NCBI GenBank assembly: GCA_041496385.1 | Contig: JBGQEL010000002.1 | Coordinates: 14,543-78,542, forward strand | Reading direction: 5' to 3' | DNA: 64,000 bases | Source of the DNA: Candidatus Methylomirabilia bacterium | GTDB lineage: Bacteria; Methylomirabilota; Methylomirabilia; Rokubacteriales; CSP1-6 | Shown: in pieces, positions 8,962 to 17,565 of the stretch | How the letters are laid out: every line of letters begins with the position of its first letter | How positions within the stretch are numbered: position 1 is the first letter of the stretch | Notes under the pieces: model-generated | Seen by the model: only the letters and a program-made list of their open reading frames with translations | What the model was told of the DNA's origin: nothing | Databases searched by the model: none | Made by a program: the position numbers and the translations under genes

Positions 8962-9068
8962 GTTGACTGCTACTCCCAAAATCGGGAAGGGGCTTGCGCG
9001 ATGCGCGCGGGACGGCTAACGTGCCAGCGCTGACCCTGTCGGGGCAGCGTGCCGCGGGAGGATTCGAC

Positions 9069-10973
9069 ATGGCGAGAAGCATCTACGACGAGACCTACGC
9101 CCGCTCGATGAGGGATCCCGAGGCGTTCTGGGCCGCGGCGGCCGAGGACATCCACTGGGACAGGCGCTGGGACCGCGTCTTCGACGACTCGCGCAAGCCG
9201 TTCTACCGATGGTTCACGGGCGGCCTGCTCAACACCTGCTACAACGCGCTCGACCTGCACGTGGACCGCGGGCGCGGCAAGCAGCGAGCGCTCGTCTACG
9301 ACAGCCCGGTGACCGGCACCGTGAAGACCTTCACCTACCGCGAGCTGCGCGACGAGGTGGCGCGCCTGGCCGGGGCGCTGCGGCGCCAGGGCGTCGGCAA
9401 AGGCGACCGCGTGATCATCTACATGCCGATGGTCCCCGAGGCGGTCATGGCGATGCTCGCGTGCGCGCGCATCGGCGCGATCCACTCGGTGGTCTTCGGC
9501 GGCTTCGCCTCGAACGAGCTCGCCAAGCGCATCGACGACGCGCGGCCGCGGCTGATCCTCTCGGCCTCGTGCGGCATCGAGGTGAACCGCGCCGTGCCCT
9601 ACAAGCCGCTCCTCGATGGCGCGATCGATCTCTCGACGCACAAGCCCGAGCGCTGCGTGATCCTCCAGCGGGCACCCGAGCTCGCCCGTCTCTCGGCCGC
9701 GCGCGACCTGGACTGGGGAGACTTCGTCGCCGGCGCGCCGGCGGCGGAGTGCGTGCCCGTCGCGGCCACCGACCCGCTCTACGTCCTCTACACGTCGGGC
9801 ACGACGGGCGTGCCGAAAGGTGTGGTGCGCGATCACGGCGGCCACGCCGTCGCGCTCAAGTGGTCCATGACGAACGTCTACGGCATCGGCGCCGGCGAGA
9901 CCTACTGGGCCGCGTCGGACATCGGCTGGGTGGTCGGCCACTCGTACATCGTCTACGCGCCGCTCCTCAAGGGCTGCACGACGATTCTCTACGAGGGCAA
10001 ACCCGTCGGGACACCCGACCCCGGCGCCTTCTGGCGGCTCATCGCCCAGCACGGGGTCAGCGCCCTGTTCACCGCCCCCACCTCCTTCCGCGCGATCAAA
10101 AAGGAAGACCCGCAGGGCCACCACATCGCCAGGCACGACCTCCGAAACTTCCGCACGCTCTTCCTCGCGGGCGAGCGCTGCGATCCCGACACGCTCCACT
10201 GGGCCGAGGAGCGCCTCGGCGTGCCGGTCATCGACCACTGGTGGCAGACGGAGACGGGCTGGCCCATCGCCGCCAACTGCGTCGGACTGGGCGCGCTGCC
10301 GGTGAAGGCGGGCTCACCGACGAAAGCGGTGCCCGGCTACGACGTGCGCGTCCTCAGCGAGGAGAACACGGAGATGCCCGCGGGGCAGATCGGCTCGATC
10401 GCCATCCGGCTGCCGCTGCCGCCCGGCTGCCTGCCGACCCTCTGGAACAACGACGCGGGCTACGTGCAGTCCTACCTCGCGAAGCACCCGGGCTACTACC
10501 TCACGGCGGACGCGGGCTACCGGGACGAGGACGGCTACCTCTACATCATGAGCCGCGTGGACGACATCATCAACGTCGCCGGCCACCGGCTCTCGACCGG
10601 CGCCATGGAGGAGGTGCTGGCCGGGCATCCCGACGTGGCCGAGTGCGCGGTCGTGGGCGTCGCCGACGAGATCAAGGGCGAGGTCCCGGTAGGTTTCGTG
10701 GTCACGAAGGCCGGGGTCGAGCGGAGCGAGGCGGACATCGCGGGCGAGCTGGTCCAGCGCGTGCGCGCGCAGATCGGGCCCGTGGCCGCCTTCAAGACCG
10801 CGATCCTCGTGAAGCGGCTGCCCAAGACGCGCTCGGGCAAGATCCTGCGCGGCACCGTGAAACGCATCGCAGACGGCCTGGAATACACGCTGCCCGCGAC
10901 GATCGACGATCCGGCGATTCTCGACGAGATCGCTGAGGCGCTCCGCCAGAAGGGCTACGCGAAGGAGCGCTGA
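9069..10973 (+). CDS. prpE: Propionyl-CoA synthetase
   Basis: MARSIY start after GGAGG; NTCYNALD, YTSGTTGVPKG, DHWWQTETGW, LPKTRSGKILR, PATIDDP. Confidence 0.9.
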   Translation: MARSIYDETYARSMRDPEAFWAAAAEDIHWDRRWDRVFDDSRKPFYRWFTGGLLNTCYNALDLHVDRGRGKQRALVYDSPVTGTVKTFTYRELRDEVARLAGALRRQGVGKGDRVIIYMPMVPEAVMAMLACARIGAIHSVVFGGFASNELAKRIDDARPRLILSASCGIEVNRAVPYKPLLDGAIDLSTHKPERCVILQRAPELARLSAARDLDWGDFVAGAPAAECVPVAATDPLYVLYTSGTTGVPKGVVRDHGGHAVALKWSMTNVYGIGAGETYWAASDIGWVVGHSYIVYAPLLKGCTTILYEGKPVGTPDPGAFWRLIAQHGVSALFTAPTSFRAIKKEDPQGHHIARHDLRNFRTLFLAGERCDPDTLHWAEERLGVPVIDHWWQTETGWPIAANCVGLGALPVKAGSPTKAVPGYDVRVLSEENTEMPAGQIGSIAIRLPLPPGCLPTLWNNDAGYVQSYLAKHPGYYLTADAGYRDEDGYLYIMSRVDDIINVAGHRLSTGAMEEVLAGHPDVAECAVVGVADEIKGEVPVGFVVTKAGVERSEADIAGELVQRVRAQIGPVAAFKTAILVKRLPKTRSGKILRGTVKRIADGLEYTLPATIDDPAILDEIAEALRQKGYAKER

Positions 10974-12172
10974 CGCCGGCGCCACCAGAGCGCGAGCGCC
11001 GCGAGCACGGCGAGGCCGAGCGTGCCGTTCCAGAGGAATGCGGCCGAGACGCCCCACCACTGGGAGATCGTCCCGACCAGAAACGCGCCGATCGGGAAGA
11101 TGCCGCCGGAGACCCACGTGTAGAGGCCCATCACTCTCCCGCGTAGCGCGTCCGGAGCGCGGAGCTGCATCGAGGTGTTGCAGCTCGCCATCAGCATGAT
11201 GCCGAAGTAGCCCGTCACGAACAGGAGCGGCACCGCCATCCAGACGTGGCGCGTCGCCGCGAGGCCCAGCAGGCTCGAGAACGTGATCCCGGCCGCGACG
11301 AACATCTGCGCCAGCCCGGGCTCGCGCGACCCGCGCATGCCGACCGTGAGCGCGCCGCCGACGGCGCCGACGCCGAGCGAGGCCATGAGGAAGCCGAAGC
11401 CCTCGGGACCGAGGCCGAGCACGGTGCGCGCCAGCAGCGGCACGTAGACCGTGAAGTTGAAGACGCAGAGGCTCACGACGAGCACGAGGCCGATCGCGAG
11501 CAGGAGCCGCGGCGTCCGCAGCACGTAGCGAAGTCCCTCCCCGATCTCCTCGAGCATCGAGGCGCGCGGTGCGGCGGCCGGCAGCCCGCCCGACTTCAGC
11601 CGGAGCAGCGTGACGATGACCGCGAGGAACCCCACGCCGTTGACAAAGAACGCCGGCACCACCCCGAAGCGGCCGATGACGATGCCGGCGACCGCGGGCC
11701 CCACGATGCGCGCGCCGTTGAACGCCGCGCTGTTCAGCGCGACCGCGCTCGCCACGTCGGCCTTGCCGACCATCTCCATCACGTACGACTGCCGGGCGGG
11801 CTGGTCGAAGACGTTGGCGAAGCCGAGCAGGAGCCCCAGCGCGGCGACGTGCCAGTACTCGACGAGCCCCGTGGCCGCGAGCGCGCCGAGCCCCAGCGCC
11901 TGGCAGGCGAGCGTCGTCTGCGTCGCGACGAGCAGCTTACGCTTCGGCAGCCGGTCGGCGACCGCGCCCGTGACGATCGAGAACAGGAGCACGGGCGAGA
12001 ACTGGAGAGTCGAGATGAGCCCGAGCTTGAACGGGGACCCGGTGAGCTGCAGCACGAGCCACGCCTGCGCGACCGTCTGCATCCAGCCGCCGATCTGGGC
12101 GATGAGCTGCGCGGCGTAGAATCGGCGGAACTCTCCGTGGTGCAGCGCGCGCAGTCCGTGCGGGAGCCTCAC
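10955..12172 (-). CDS. MFS transporter (H+ antiporter / DUF894-like)
   Basis: Multiple TM helices; GAVADRLPKRKLL, AVALNSAAFNGARIVGPA, RGRVMG. Confidence 0.88.
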   Translation of the reverse strand: MRLPHGLRALHHGEFRRFYAAQLIAQIGGWMQTVAQAWLVLQLTGSPFKLGLISTLQFSPVLLFSIVTGAVADRLPKRKLLVATQTTLACQALGLGALAATGLVEYWHVAALGLLLGFANVFDQPARQSYVMEMVGKADVASAVALNSAAFNGARIVGPAVAGIVIGRFGVVPAFFVNGVGFLAVIVTLLRLKSGGLPAAAPRASMLEEIGEGLRYVLRTPRLLLAIGLVLVVSLCVFNFTVYVPLLARTVLGLGPEGFGFLMASLGVGAVGGALTVGMRGSREPGLAQMFVAAGITFSSLLGLAATRHVWMAVPLLFVTGYFGIMLMASCNTSMQLRAPDALRGRVMGLYTWVSGGIFPIGAFLVGTISQWWGVSAAFLWNGTLGLAVLAALALWWRRRQRSFA

Positions 12173-12216
12173 CGGGCCATTCTACAGGCGCGAGCTGCTG
12201 CAGGCGGCGAACCGGG

Positions 12217-13599
12217 CTAGGGTTTGGTCTTGCCGAAGGCGTTGCCCGGGATCGACGCGGGCCTCCCGGTGGCATTGGCGACGCCGTGCCCCGGCGCGAC
12301 CGCGCTGACGACCGGCGGAACAGCGCTGACGATCGGGGCCACGGGCGTGACCACCGGCGCGACGGTGCTGGCGATCGGGGCCACGGGCGTGACTACCGGC
12401 GCGACACTGCTGACGATCGGGGCCACGGGAGTGACCACCGGCGCGACCGGGGTCACGACAGGCGCGACGGCGCTGATGACCGGCGTGACCGCGTTGACGA
12501 CCGGCGCTGCGGCACTCCCGTTGCCCGGAGTCCCGGCGTTGCCGAGCGCGAGGCCGTTGCCACTGCTATTGCCCGGAGTCCCGGCGTTGCCGACGGCCAG
12601 TCCACTCGCCCCGTCGGTAAGAAGGGAAGTGGTCGTCGCACTGCCACCACTAGTGCCGAGCCCCTTGCCGCTGCCCCCGTCGCTCTGGGTCGTGGCGACG
12701 CTTACCTTGTCGACGATGATCGTTGCCTTCTCGCTGGCGGCGCCGGCGCTGCTCGCCGCCTTGTCGCTGCCGGTGCTCACCTTGTCGCTGTTGCTGCCCG
12801 ACTTGTCGCTGCTGCCACCGGTCTTGTCGCTGCTGCCGCTCGTGGTGCTCGCGCTGGCGCTGGTGGCCGCTTGCGGAAGCACGGCGGCAATGTCCTGGAC
12901 CGCGCGCTGCACGGACTCGGCGACCGCGGGCGCCATGCTCGCGGCCGGCGGATTCTTCGGGAGCACGGTGAAGTCGGCGCCGAGGCTGTTCGCGCGGGCG
13001 GGCGAGATCCTTGTCGGCTGCGGAAGCGGAAGCAGCGACGTCCCGCTCACCGTGATGGATTCCCGGATCGAGACGGACACGGGCGCGCCGATGCTGCGGC
13101 CCGTCGCCGAGTCCAGGCGGGTCACATCGATGAGGCCGCGCAGGACCGTGATGACCGAACGCGCGCTCGCCACCTCGGCGACCACGATCGTCCCGCGGAT
13201 CGCGGCCTTCGCGTTCGGCGTCGTGATCTCGACGACGTCGCCCGGCTTCATCTTGTCCTTGGAGACCGACACGGAAATACGCCCGGAGGCGACGTGGATC
13301 GTCGCGGTGCCCGGCACCTCGGTGATCGTCAGCACCGTCTGCTCGCGCGCGGTCACGGTCGCCTTGCCGCCGAGGAGGACACGCACGAAGGACCTCTCGC
13401 TCGTCGTGATGCGGTCGCGGACGAACACGTCGTCCTTGAACTTGAGGGCGGCCGGCTCGGGTGTCGCGGTACGAACGACCGTCGCCGTGCCTTCCAGCGT
13501 CGTGACGACGCCGGCGCGCTCGCCCGCCAGCGCCGCCGCCGGCAGGAGAAACGCGGTCATGACGAGTGAACGCAGCGATCGCGTGCTGTGACGGCTCAT
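12217..13599 (-). CDS. Secreted FecR-domain protein with Ser/Thr/Gly-rich and Val/Pro-repeat tail
   Basis: Signal peptide; AGVVTTLEG, VFVRDRITT, ITTPNAKAAIRGT; low-complexity C-terminal half. Confidence 0.8.
   Translation of the reverse strand: MSRHSTRSLRSLVMTAFLLPAAALAGERAGVVTTLEGTATVVRTATPEPAALKFKDDVFVRDRITTSERSFVRVLLGGKATVTAREQTVLTITEVPGTATIHVASGRISVSVSKDKMKPGDVVEITTPNAKAAIRGTIVVAEVASARSVITVLRGLIDVTRLDSATGRSIGAPVSVSIRESITVSGTSLLPLPQPTRISPARANSLGADFTVLPKNPPAASMAPAVAESVQRAVQDIAAVLPQAATSASASTTSGSSDKTGGSSDKSGSNSDKVSTGSDKAASSAGAASEKATIIVDKVSVATTQSDGGSGKGLGTSGGSATTTSLLTDGASGLAVGNAGTPGNSSGNGLALGNAGTPGNGSAAAPVVNAVTPVISAVAPVVTPVAPVVTPVAPIVSSVAPVVTPVAPIASTVAPVVTPVAPIVSAVPPVVSAVAPGHGVANATGRPASIPGNAFGKTKP
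12325..12490 (-). repeat. Coding tandem repeat, 42-nt unit (three near-perfect copies plus degenerate 21-nt half-units)
   Basis: gctgacgatcggggccacgggcgtgaccaccggcgcgac recurs at about 12325, 12367 and 12409, encoding VAPVVTPVAPIVSS-like units. Confidence 0.85.
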
Positions 13600-13657
13600 G
13601 TCGTCGGCTCTCCGTGCGGCGGTCTCTACCCGCAGACCGCGCGCGCAGCGGAGAGAG

Positions 13658-13672
13658 GCAAGTGAAATGCCA
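13658..13672 (-). promoter_or_regulatory. Sigma54 (-24/-12) promoter candidate for the FecR-domain gene
   Basis: Minus strand TGGCATTTCACTTGC gives GG-N10-GC, about 60 nt upstream of the ATG. Confidence 0.6.
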
Positions 13673-13797
13673 CGACGTTCCGGAAATCCGAGGACTTACA
13701 GGACGCGAGTTTGCGCTCGACGCCCGCGAACCGGCGCCGATCAGAGTCGCGCCAGCGGTCGCCTTCGCGCCAGGCCGACTCGCGCCGCGCCGGCCAG

Positions 13798-14763
13798 CTA
13801 GGCGGGCAGCCGGATGGGCGTCAGGACCAGTCGCGCGGGCGAGTTCGGGAAGGGCCAGCCCGGAATCAACGCCGTGAACGCGCCCGCCGTACCGCCGGCG
13901 ACGACCAGCTTGAAGTTCGCGGGCGAGCGGAACTTCGGCACGGGCGTGGCGCGGCGCGCCTCGAGCTGCTCCCACAGAAACCTCCGCGCGTCGGCCTTCG
14001 ACCACCCGTCGCCCCCGATCGTGCGCGCGTGGAGCGGCGAGAGGACCATGAGAATGTCGCCGAGCCCGGTCGTCGCGTGGCTCGCGATCACCTCGAGGCT
14101 GCGCGCGAGGGTCGCGAGCACGTCCGGCGCCGAGCGGCTCTGGCCGTCGGCGACGACCTGGAGCGGCTCGCCGGGAAGCGCCGCCACCGTGCTCTCGCCC
14201 GACGCGAAGCCGTGCTCGACGTGGAGCGGTTCCCACGGGCTCGCCTCCTCGTACTCGCCGAAGCAGCACGCGTAGCGGCCCGGGCCGCCGAAGGTGGACA
14301 TGCTGATCGCACCCGGCCGTGCGCCGCCCAGGTTCACCCAGACCAGGCGCAGCGCGCGACCGATCGTGGCGTTGGCGCGCCAGCCGGGGCCGAGCGCGCC
14401 GACACCGCAGTTGATGTCGAGCACCGCGCGCACCGGGCCGTTCACGACGATGACGGGCGCGACGGCGTCGGTCGTGCCGGAGACGCCCACCAGGTCGAAG
14501 CCGTCGTCGCAGAGCGCCTGGACGCCGGCGATGACGACCGGCAGGTACGCCGGGAGGCAGCCGGCCATCACGGCGTTCACCGCGATCTTCTCCACGGTCG
14601 CGCGCCCGTGCGCGGGCGCGACCAGCCCGATCAGCTCGTCGGCCGGTCGACCCGACGCGTCGATCGCCGCACTGACGCGCTCGCGCGTCGGCGGCACGAC
14701 CGGCAGGCCGTCGGTGACACCGCGGGCGAAGAACTGCTCGAACGGATCGTCCTCGGGCCGCAT
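13798..14763 (-). CDS. Conserved hypothetical protein of the TDGLPVVPPT family (often linked to UGSC-family proteins)
   Basis: TDGLPVVPPT, TVEKIAVNAVMAGC, RANATIGRALRL, EYEEASPWEPLHVE. Confidence 0.8.
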   Translation of the reverse strand: MRPEDDPFEQFFARGVTDGLPVVPPTRERVSAAIDASGRPADELIGLVAPAHGRATVEKIAVNAVMAGCLPAYLPVVIAGVQALCDDGFDLVGVSGTTDAVAPVIVVNGPVRAVLDINCGVGALGPGWRANATIGRALRLVWVNLGGARPGAISMSTFGGPGRYACCFGEYEEASPWEPLHVEHGFASGESTVAALPGEPLQVVADGQSRSAPDVLATLARSLEVIASHATTGLGDILMVLSPLHARTIGGDGWSKADARRFLWEQLEARRATPVPKFRSPANFKLVVAGGTAGAFTALIPGWPFPNSPARLVLTPIRLPA

Positions 14764-14836
14764 CGCGCCGTCCATTCTACGTCGTCGCGTGCGTCTCGCT
14801 TGCCTTCGACGACACGGCGGACTACTCTCCCTACGC

Positions 14837-15913
14837 ATGAGCCAGAAGACCGTCGTCGCCCTCGGTGGCGAGGGCATCGGCATCGAGGTCGTGGACGCGA
14901 CGTGCGAGCTGCTCGACGCCGCGGGCTTCCCGCTCCGCATCCTGACGCCGCCCCACGGCGCGGCCGCGGAGAAGACGCACGGCTCGCCCGTGCCCGACGA
15001 GACCAAGCGGCTCTGCGGGCAGGCCGACGGCATCCTGTTCGGCGCCGCGGGACCATCCACGAGCGCCGTCGTCAGCTGGCTCCGCTGGCAGCAGGACGCG
15101 TACGCCGGCGTGCGCCCGATCAAGTACTACGAGGGCGCCCGCTCGCCGCTCGCCGATCCGCACGGGATCGACTTCATTGTGCTGCGCGAGAACACCGAGG
15201 GTCTCTATCCCGGGCGCGAGGGTGACCTCGCCGAGCTGGGACGCGCCATGCCGGAGCTGCGCGACCGCGTCGGCAAGCACGTCGGCGACTACGGCGAGGG
15301 ACGGTTCGCCGTCAAGGTCGTGAGTCGGGCCGGCACCGAGCGCATCGCCCGCTTCGCGTGCCGGCTGGCGCTCGAACGCAAGGCGCGGGGGCACGCGGGC
15401 AAGATCACGTGCGTCACCAAGTCCAACGTGCTCCGTCAGTCGGACGGCTTCTTCCAGGCCGTGGTCGAGGACGTCGTGAAGCAGCACCCGGGGCTCGGCT
15501 TCGAGCACTTCCACGTGGACGATGCGTCCCGGCGCCTCGTGCGCTTCCCGCAGAGCATGGACGTCGTGCTCTGCATGAATCTCTACGGCGACATCCTCTC
15601 CGACCTCGCCGCCGAGCTCGCGGGCGGCCTTGGCATCGCGCCCTCCGGCTGCTTCGGCGATCGGTGGGCGTACTTCGAATCGGTTCACGGCTCGGCGCCC
15701 GACATCGCCGGCCAGGGCATCGCGAACCCGACGGCGACCATCCTCTCCGCGTCGATGATGCTCGAGCACATGGGGCTCGCGGGCGAGGCCCGGAGGCTCG
15801 AGGCCGCCGTGGCGCGCGTCTATCGGGAGGGCAAGCGCCTCACGCGCGATCAGGGTGGCGGCGCGACGACGCGCGAGTTCGGCAAGGCGGTGCTCGCCGC
15901 GCTCGAGGCATGA
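14837..15913 (+). CDS. Isocitrate/isopropylmalate/tartrate dehydrogenase family protein
   Basis: GEGIGIEV, VLRENTEGLY, KSNV, NLYGDILSD, FESVHGSAPDIAGQGIANP. Confidence 0.9.
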   Translation: MSQKTVVALGGEGIGIEVVDATCELLDAAGFPLRILTPPHGAAAEKTHGSPVPDETKRLCGQADGILFGAAGPSTSAVVSWLRWQQDAYAGVRPIKYYEGARSPLADPHGIDFIVLRENTEGLYPGREGDLAELGRAMPELRDRVGKHVGDYGEGRFAVKVVSRAGTERIARFACRLALERKARGHAGKITCVTKSNVLRQSDGFFQAVVEDVVKQHPGLGFEHFHVDDASRRLVRFPQSMDVVLCMNLYGDILSDLAAELAGGLGIAPSGCFGDRWAYFESVHGSAPDIAGQGIANPTATILSASMMLEHMGLAGEARRLEAAVARVYREGKRLTRDQGGGATTREFGKAVLAALEA

Positions 15914-16103
15914 CGGCGGACCGGCGGGGCGCGTTCTGGGACATGATCGAGGGCCGGGCGCCGGCGCGCGGCCCGGGCGCGTGAAGGCCGCGTACGAGAT
16001 CCGCATCCCCCGCCCGCGCGACGTGATCAAGGTGAAGGACAGCGAGGAATACCTGGAGGACTTCCGCGAGATCCGGAGAATCCTGGGGGCGGAGTTCACG
16101 TAA
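15910..16103 (+). pseudogene. Chimeric remnant: N-terminus of a PaaI-like thioesterase joined out of frame to the C-terminus of a TauB/SsuB-type ABC ATPase
   Basis: MTADRRGAFWDMIEGRAPA (ATGA-coupled to the upstream gene), then in another frame ARPGRVKAAYEIRIPRPRDVIKVKDSEEYLEDFREIRRIL-stop. Confidence 0.6.
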
Positions 16104-16127
16104 GCCGATGGGCGGGCCGGAATCCCC

Positions 16128-17555
16128 ATGACGGCGGCCATCGAGAGGCGCGTCCTGATCGTCGACGACGAGCCCGCCATCCGCAGCCTGCTCGAGGAGT
16201 CGCTCGCGAGCTGGGGCTACGAACCGGTGCCGGCGGCCAGCGGTGCCGAAGCGTGGGAGATCTTCCAGCGCGCCGACGCGCCGGCGCTGGCGATGATCGA
16301 CTGGATGATGCCCGGGATGGACGGCGTCGAGCTGCTCCTGAAGGTCCGGGGCCTGGCGAAGCCGCGTCGGCCCTACCTCATCTTCGTGACGTCCATGACA
16401 CGGACCGATGACGTCGTGACGGCTCTCGAAGCCGGTGCCGACGATTACGTCGTGAAGCCCTTCCAGCCCGACGAGCTGCGCGCCCGCCTACGGGTCGGCG
16501 AACGGATGCTCGAGCTCCACGCAGCGCTCGCGCGGCGGACGGAGCAGCTCGACGCGCGCAACCGCTTCATCCGCCGGACGTTCGGCCGCTACCTGAGCGA
16601 GGAGGTCGTGACGCGCCTGCTCGGCGATCAGGAGGCTCTGGCGATGGGCGGCCAGCGGCGCAAGGTCACCGTCCTCATGTCGGACCTCCGTGGCTTCACC
16701 GCCGTCGTCGAGCGTCTGTCGCCCGAGGCCGTCGTGAAGATGCTCAATCACTATCTCGGCGTCATGACCGAGGTCATCCGGGAGCACGGGGGCACGATCG
16801 ACGAGTTCATCGGCGACGCCATCCTGGTGATCTTCGGCGCGCCGATCGCTCGTCCGGACGACGCGGCCCACGCCGTCGCCTGCGCCGTCGACATGCAACT
16901 CGCGATGGTTGACGTCAACGCGTTCAACCGCCGGCAGGGGCTCCCGCCGCTCGAGATGGGGATAGCGGTCAACACCGGCGAGGTGGTGGTGGGTAACATC
17001 GGCTCCGCCCTCAGGGCCAAGTACGGCGCGGTCGGGCGGACGATCACCGAGGCCGCGCGGCTCGAGTCCCTGACGGTCGGCGGGCAGGTGCTCATCGCCG
17101 AGGCCACGCGCGCGGACATCGGCCCCGCGGCCCGGGTCGGCGACAGGCTCACCTGCAGCGTCAAGGGGGTGGGCGAGCCGCTCACGGCGTTCGACCTCAC
17201 GGGCATCGGCGGCACATTCCAGCTCGACATGCCGCCGCGCGACCGCAGGCTCCAGACACCGACGCACGAGCTTCCGGTCGAGTATGCCCTCATCGAGGGC
17301 AAGCAAGTGGGGCCGTCGCGCGTTCACGGCCGCGTGGTCAGGCTGTCGCGCGACGAGGCCGAGATCTGGAGCGATAACCCGCCCGCCCCGCTCGCGGATC
17401 TCCGGCTCGAGCTCACGGCGGCCGGAGAGCCGTCGAAGGCGTGCTACGCGAAGGTGGTCGGCCCGGCGTCCGAGCGCGGCTGCTTCCGGGTACGATTCAC
17501 GTTCGTGCCACCCGAGGTCGCCGCGGTCTTCTCGTCGCTGCTCCCGGCGATCTGA
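16128..17555 (+). CDS. Response-regulator receiver plus class III nucleotide cyclase, with C-terminal PilZ-like beta domain
   Basis: VLIVDDE, IDWMMPGMDG, GADDYVVKPF; LMSDLRGFT, IDEFIGDAI, GEVVVGNIGS. Confidence 0.9.
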   Translation: MTAAIERRVLIVDDEPAIRSLLEESLASWGYEPVPAASGAEAWEIFQRADAPALAMIDWMMPGMDGVELLLKVRGLAKPRRPYLIFVTSMTRTDDVVTALEAGADDYVVKPFQPDELRARLRVGERMLELHAALARRTEQLDARNRFIRRTFGRYLSEEVVTRLLGDQEALAMGGQRRKVTVLMSDLRGFTAVVERLSPEAVVKMLNHYLGVMTEVIREHGGTIDEFIGDAILVIFGAPIARPDDAAHAVACAVDMQLAMVDVNAFNRRQGLPPLEMGIAVNTGEVVVGNIGSALRAKYGAVGRTITEAARLESLTVGGQVLIAEATRADIGPAARVGDRLTCSVKGVGEPLTAFDLTGIGGTFQLDMPPRDRRLQTPTHELPVEYALIEGKQVGPSRVHGRVVRLSRDEAEIWSDNPPAPLADLRLELTAAGEPSKACYAKVVGPASERGCFRVRFTFVPPEVAAVFSSLLPAI

Positions 17556-17565
17556 CGCGGCCCCC

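Noticed and set aside
12325-12490. Possible CRISPR array
   Set aside because: The repeats are contiguous, codon-phased and lack unique spacers; no cas genes are present.
12224-13591. 455-aa Leu/Thr-rich plus-strand ORF resembling a membrane protein
   Set aside because: It is the antisense mirror of the FecR-domain gene; its repeats simply reflect the minus-strand repeats.
13608-13655. Long hairpin sequestering the RBS of the FecR gene as a riboswitch or thermometer
   Set aside because: If the sigma54 promoter is real, the outer 5' arm lies upstream of the TSS and would not be transcribed; there is no other support.
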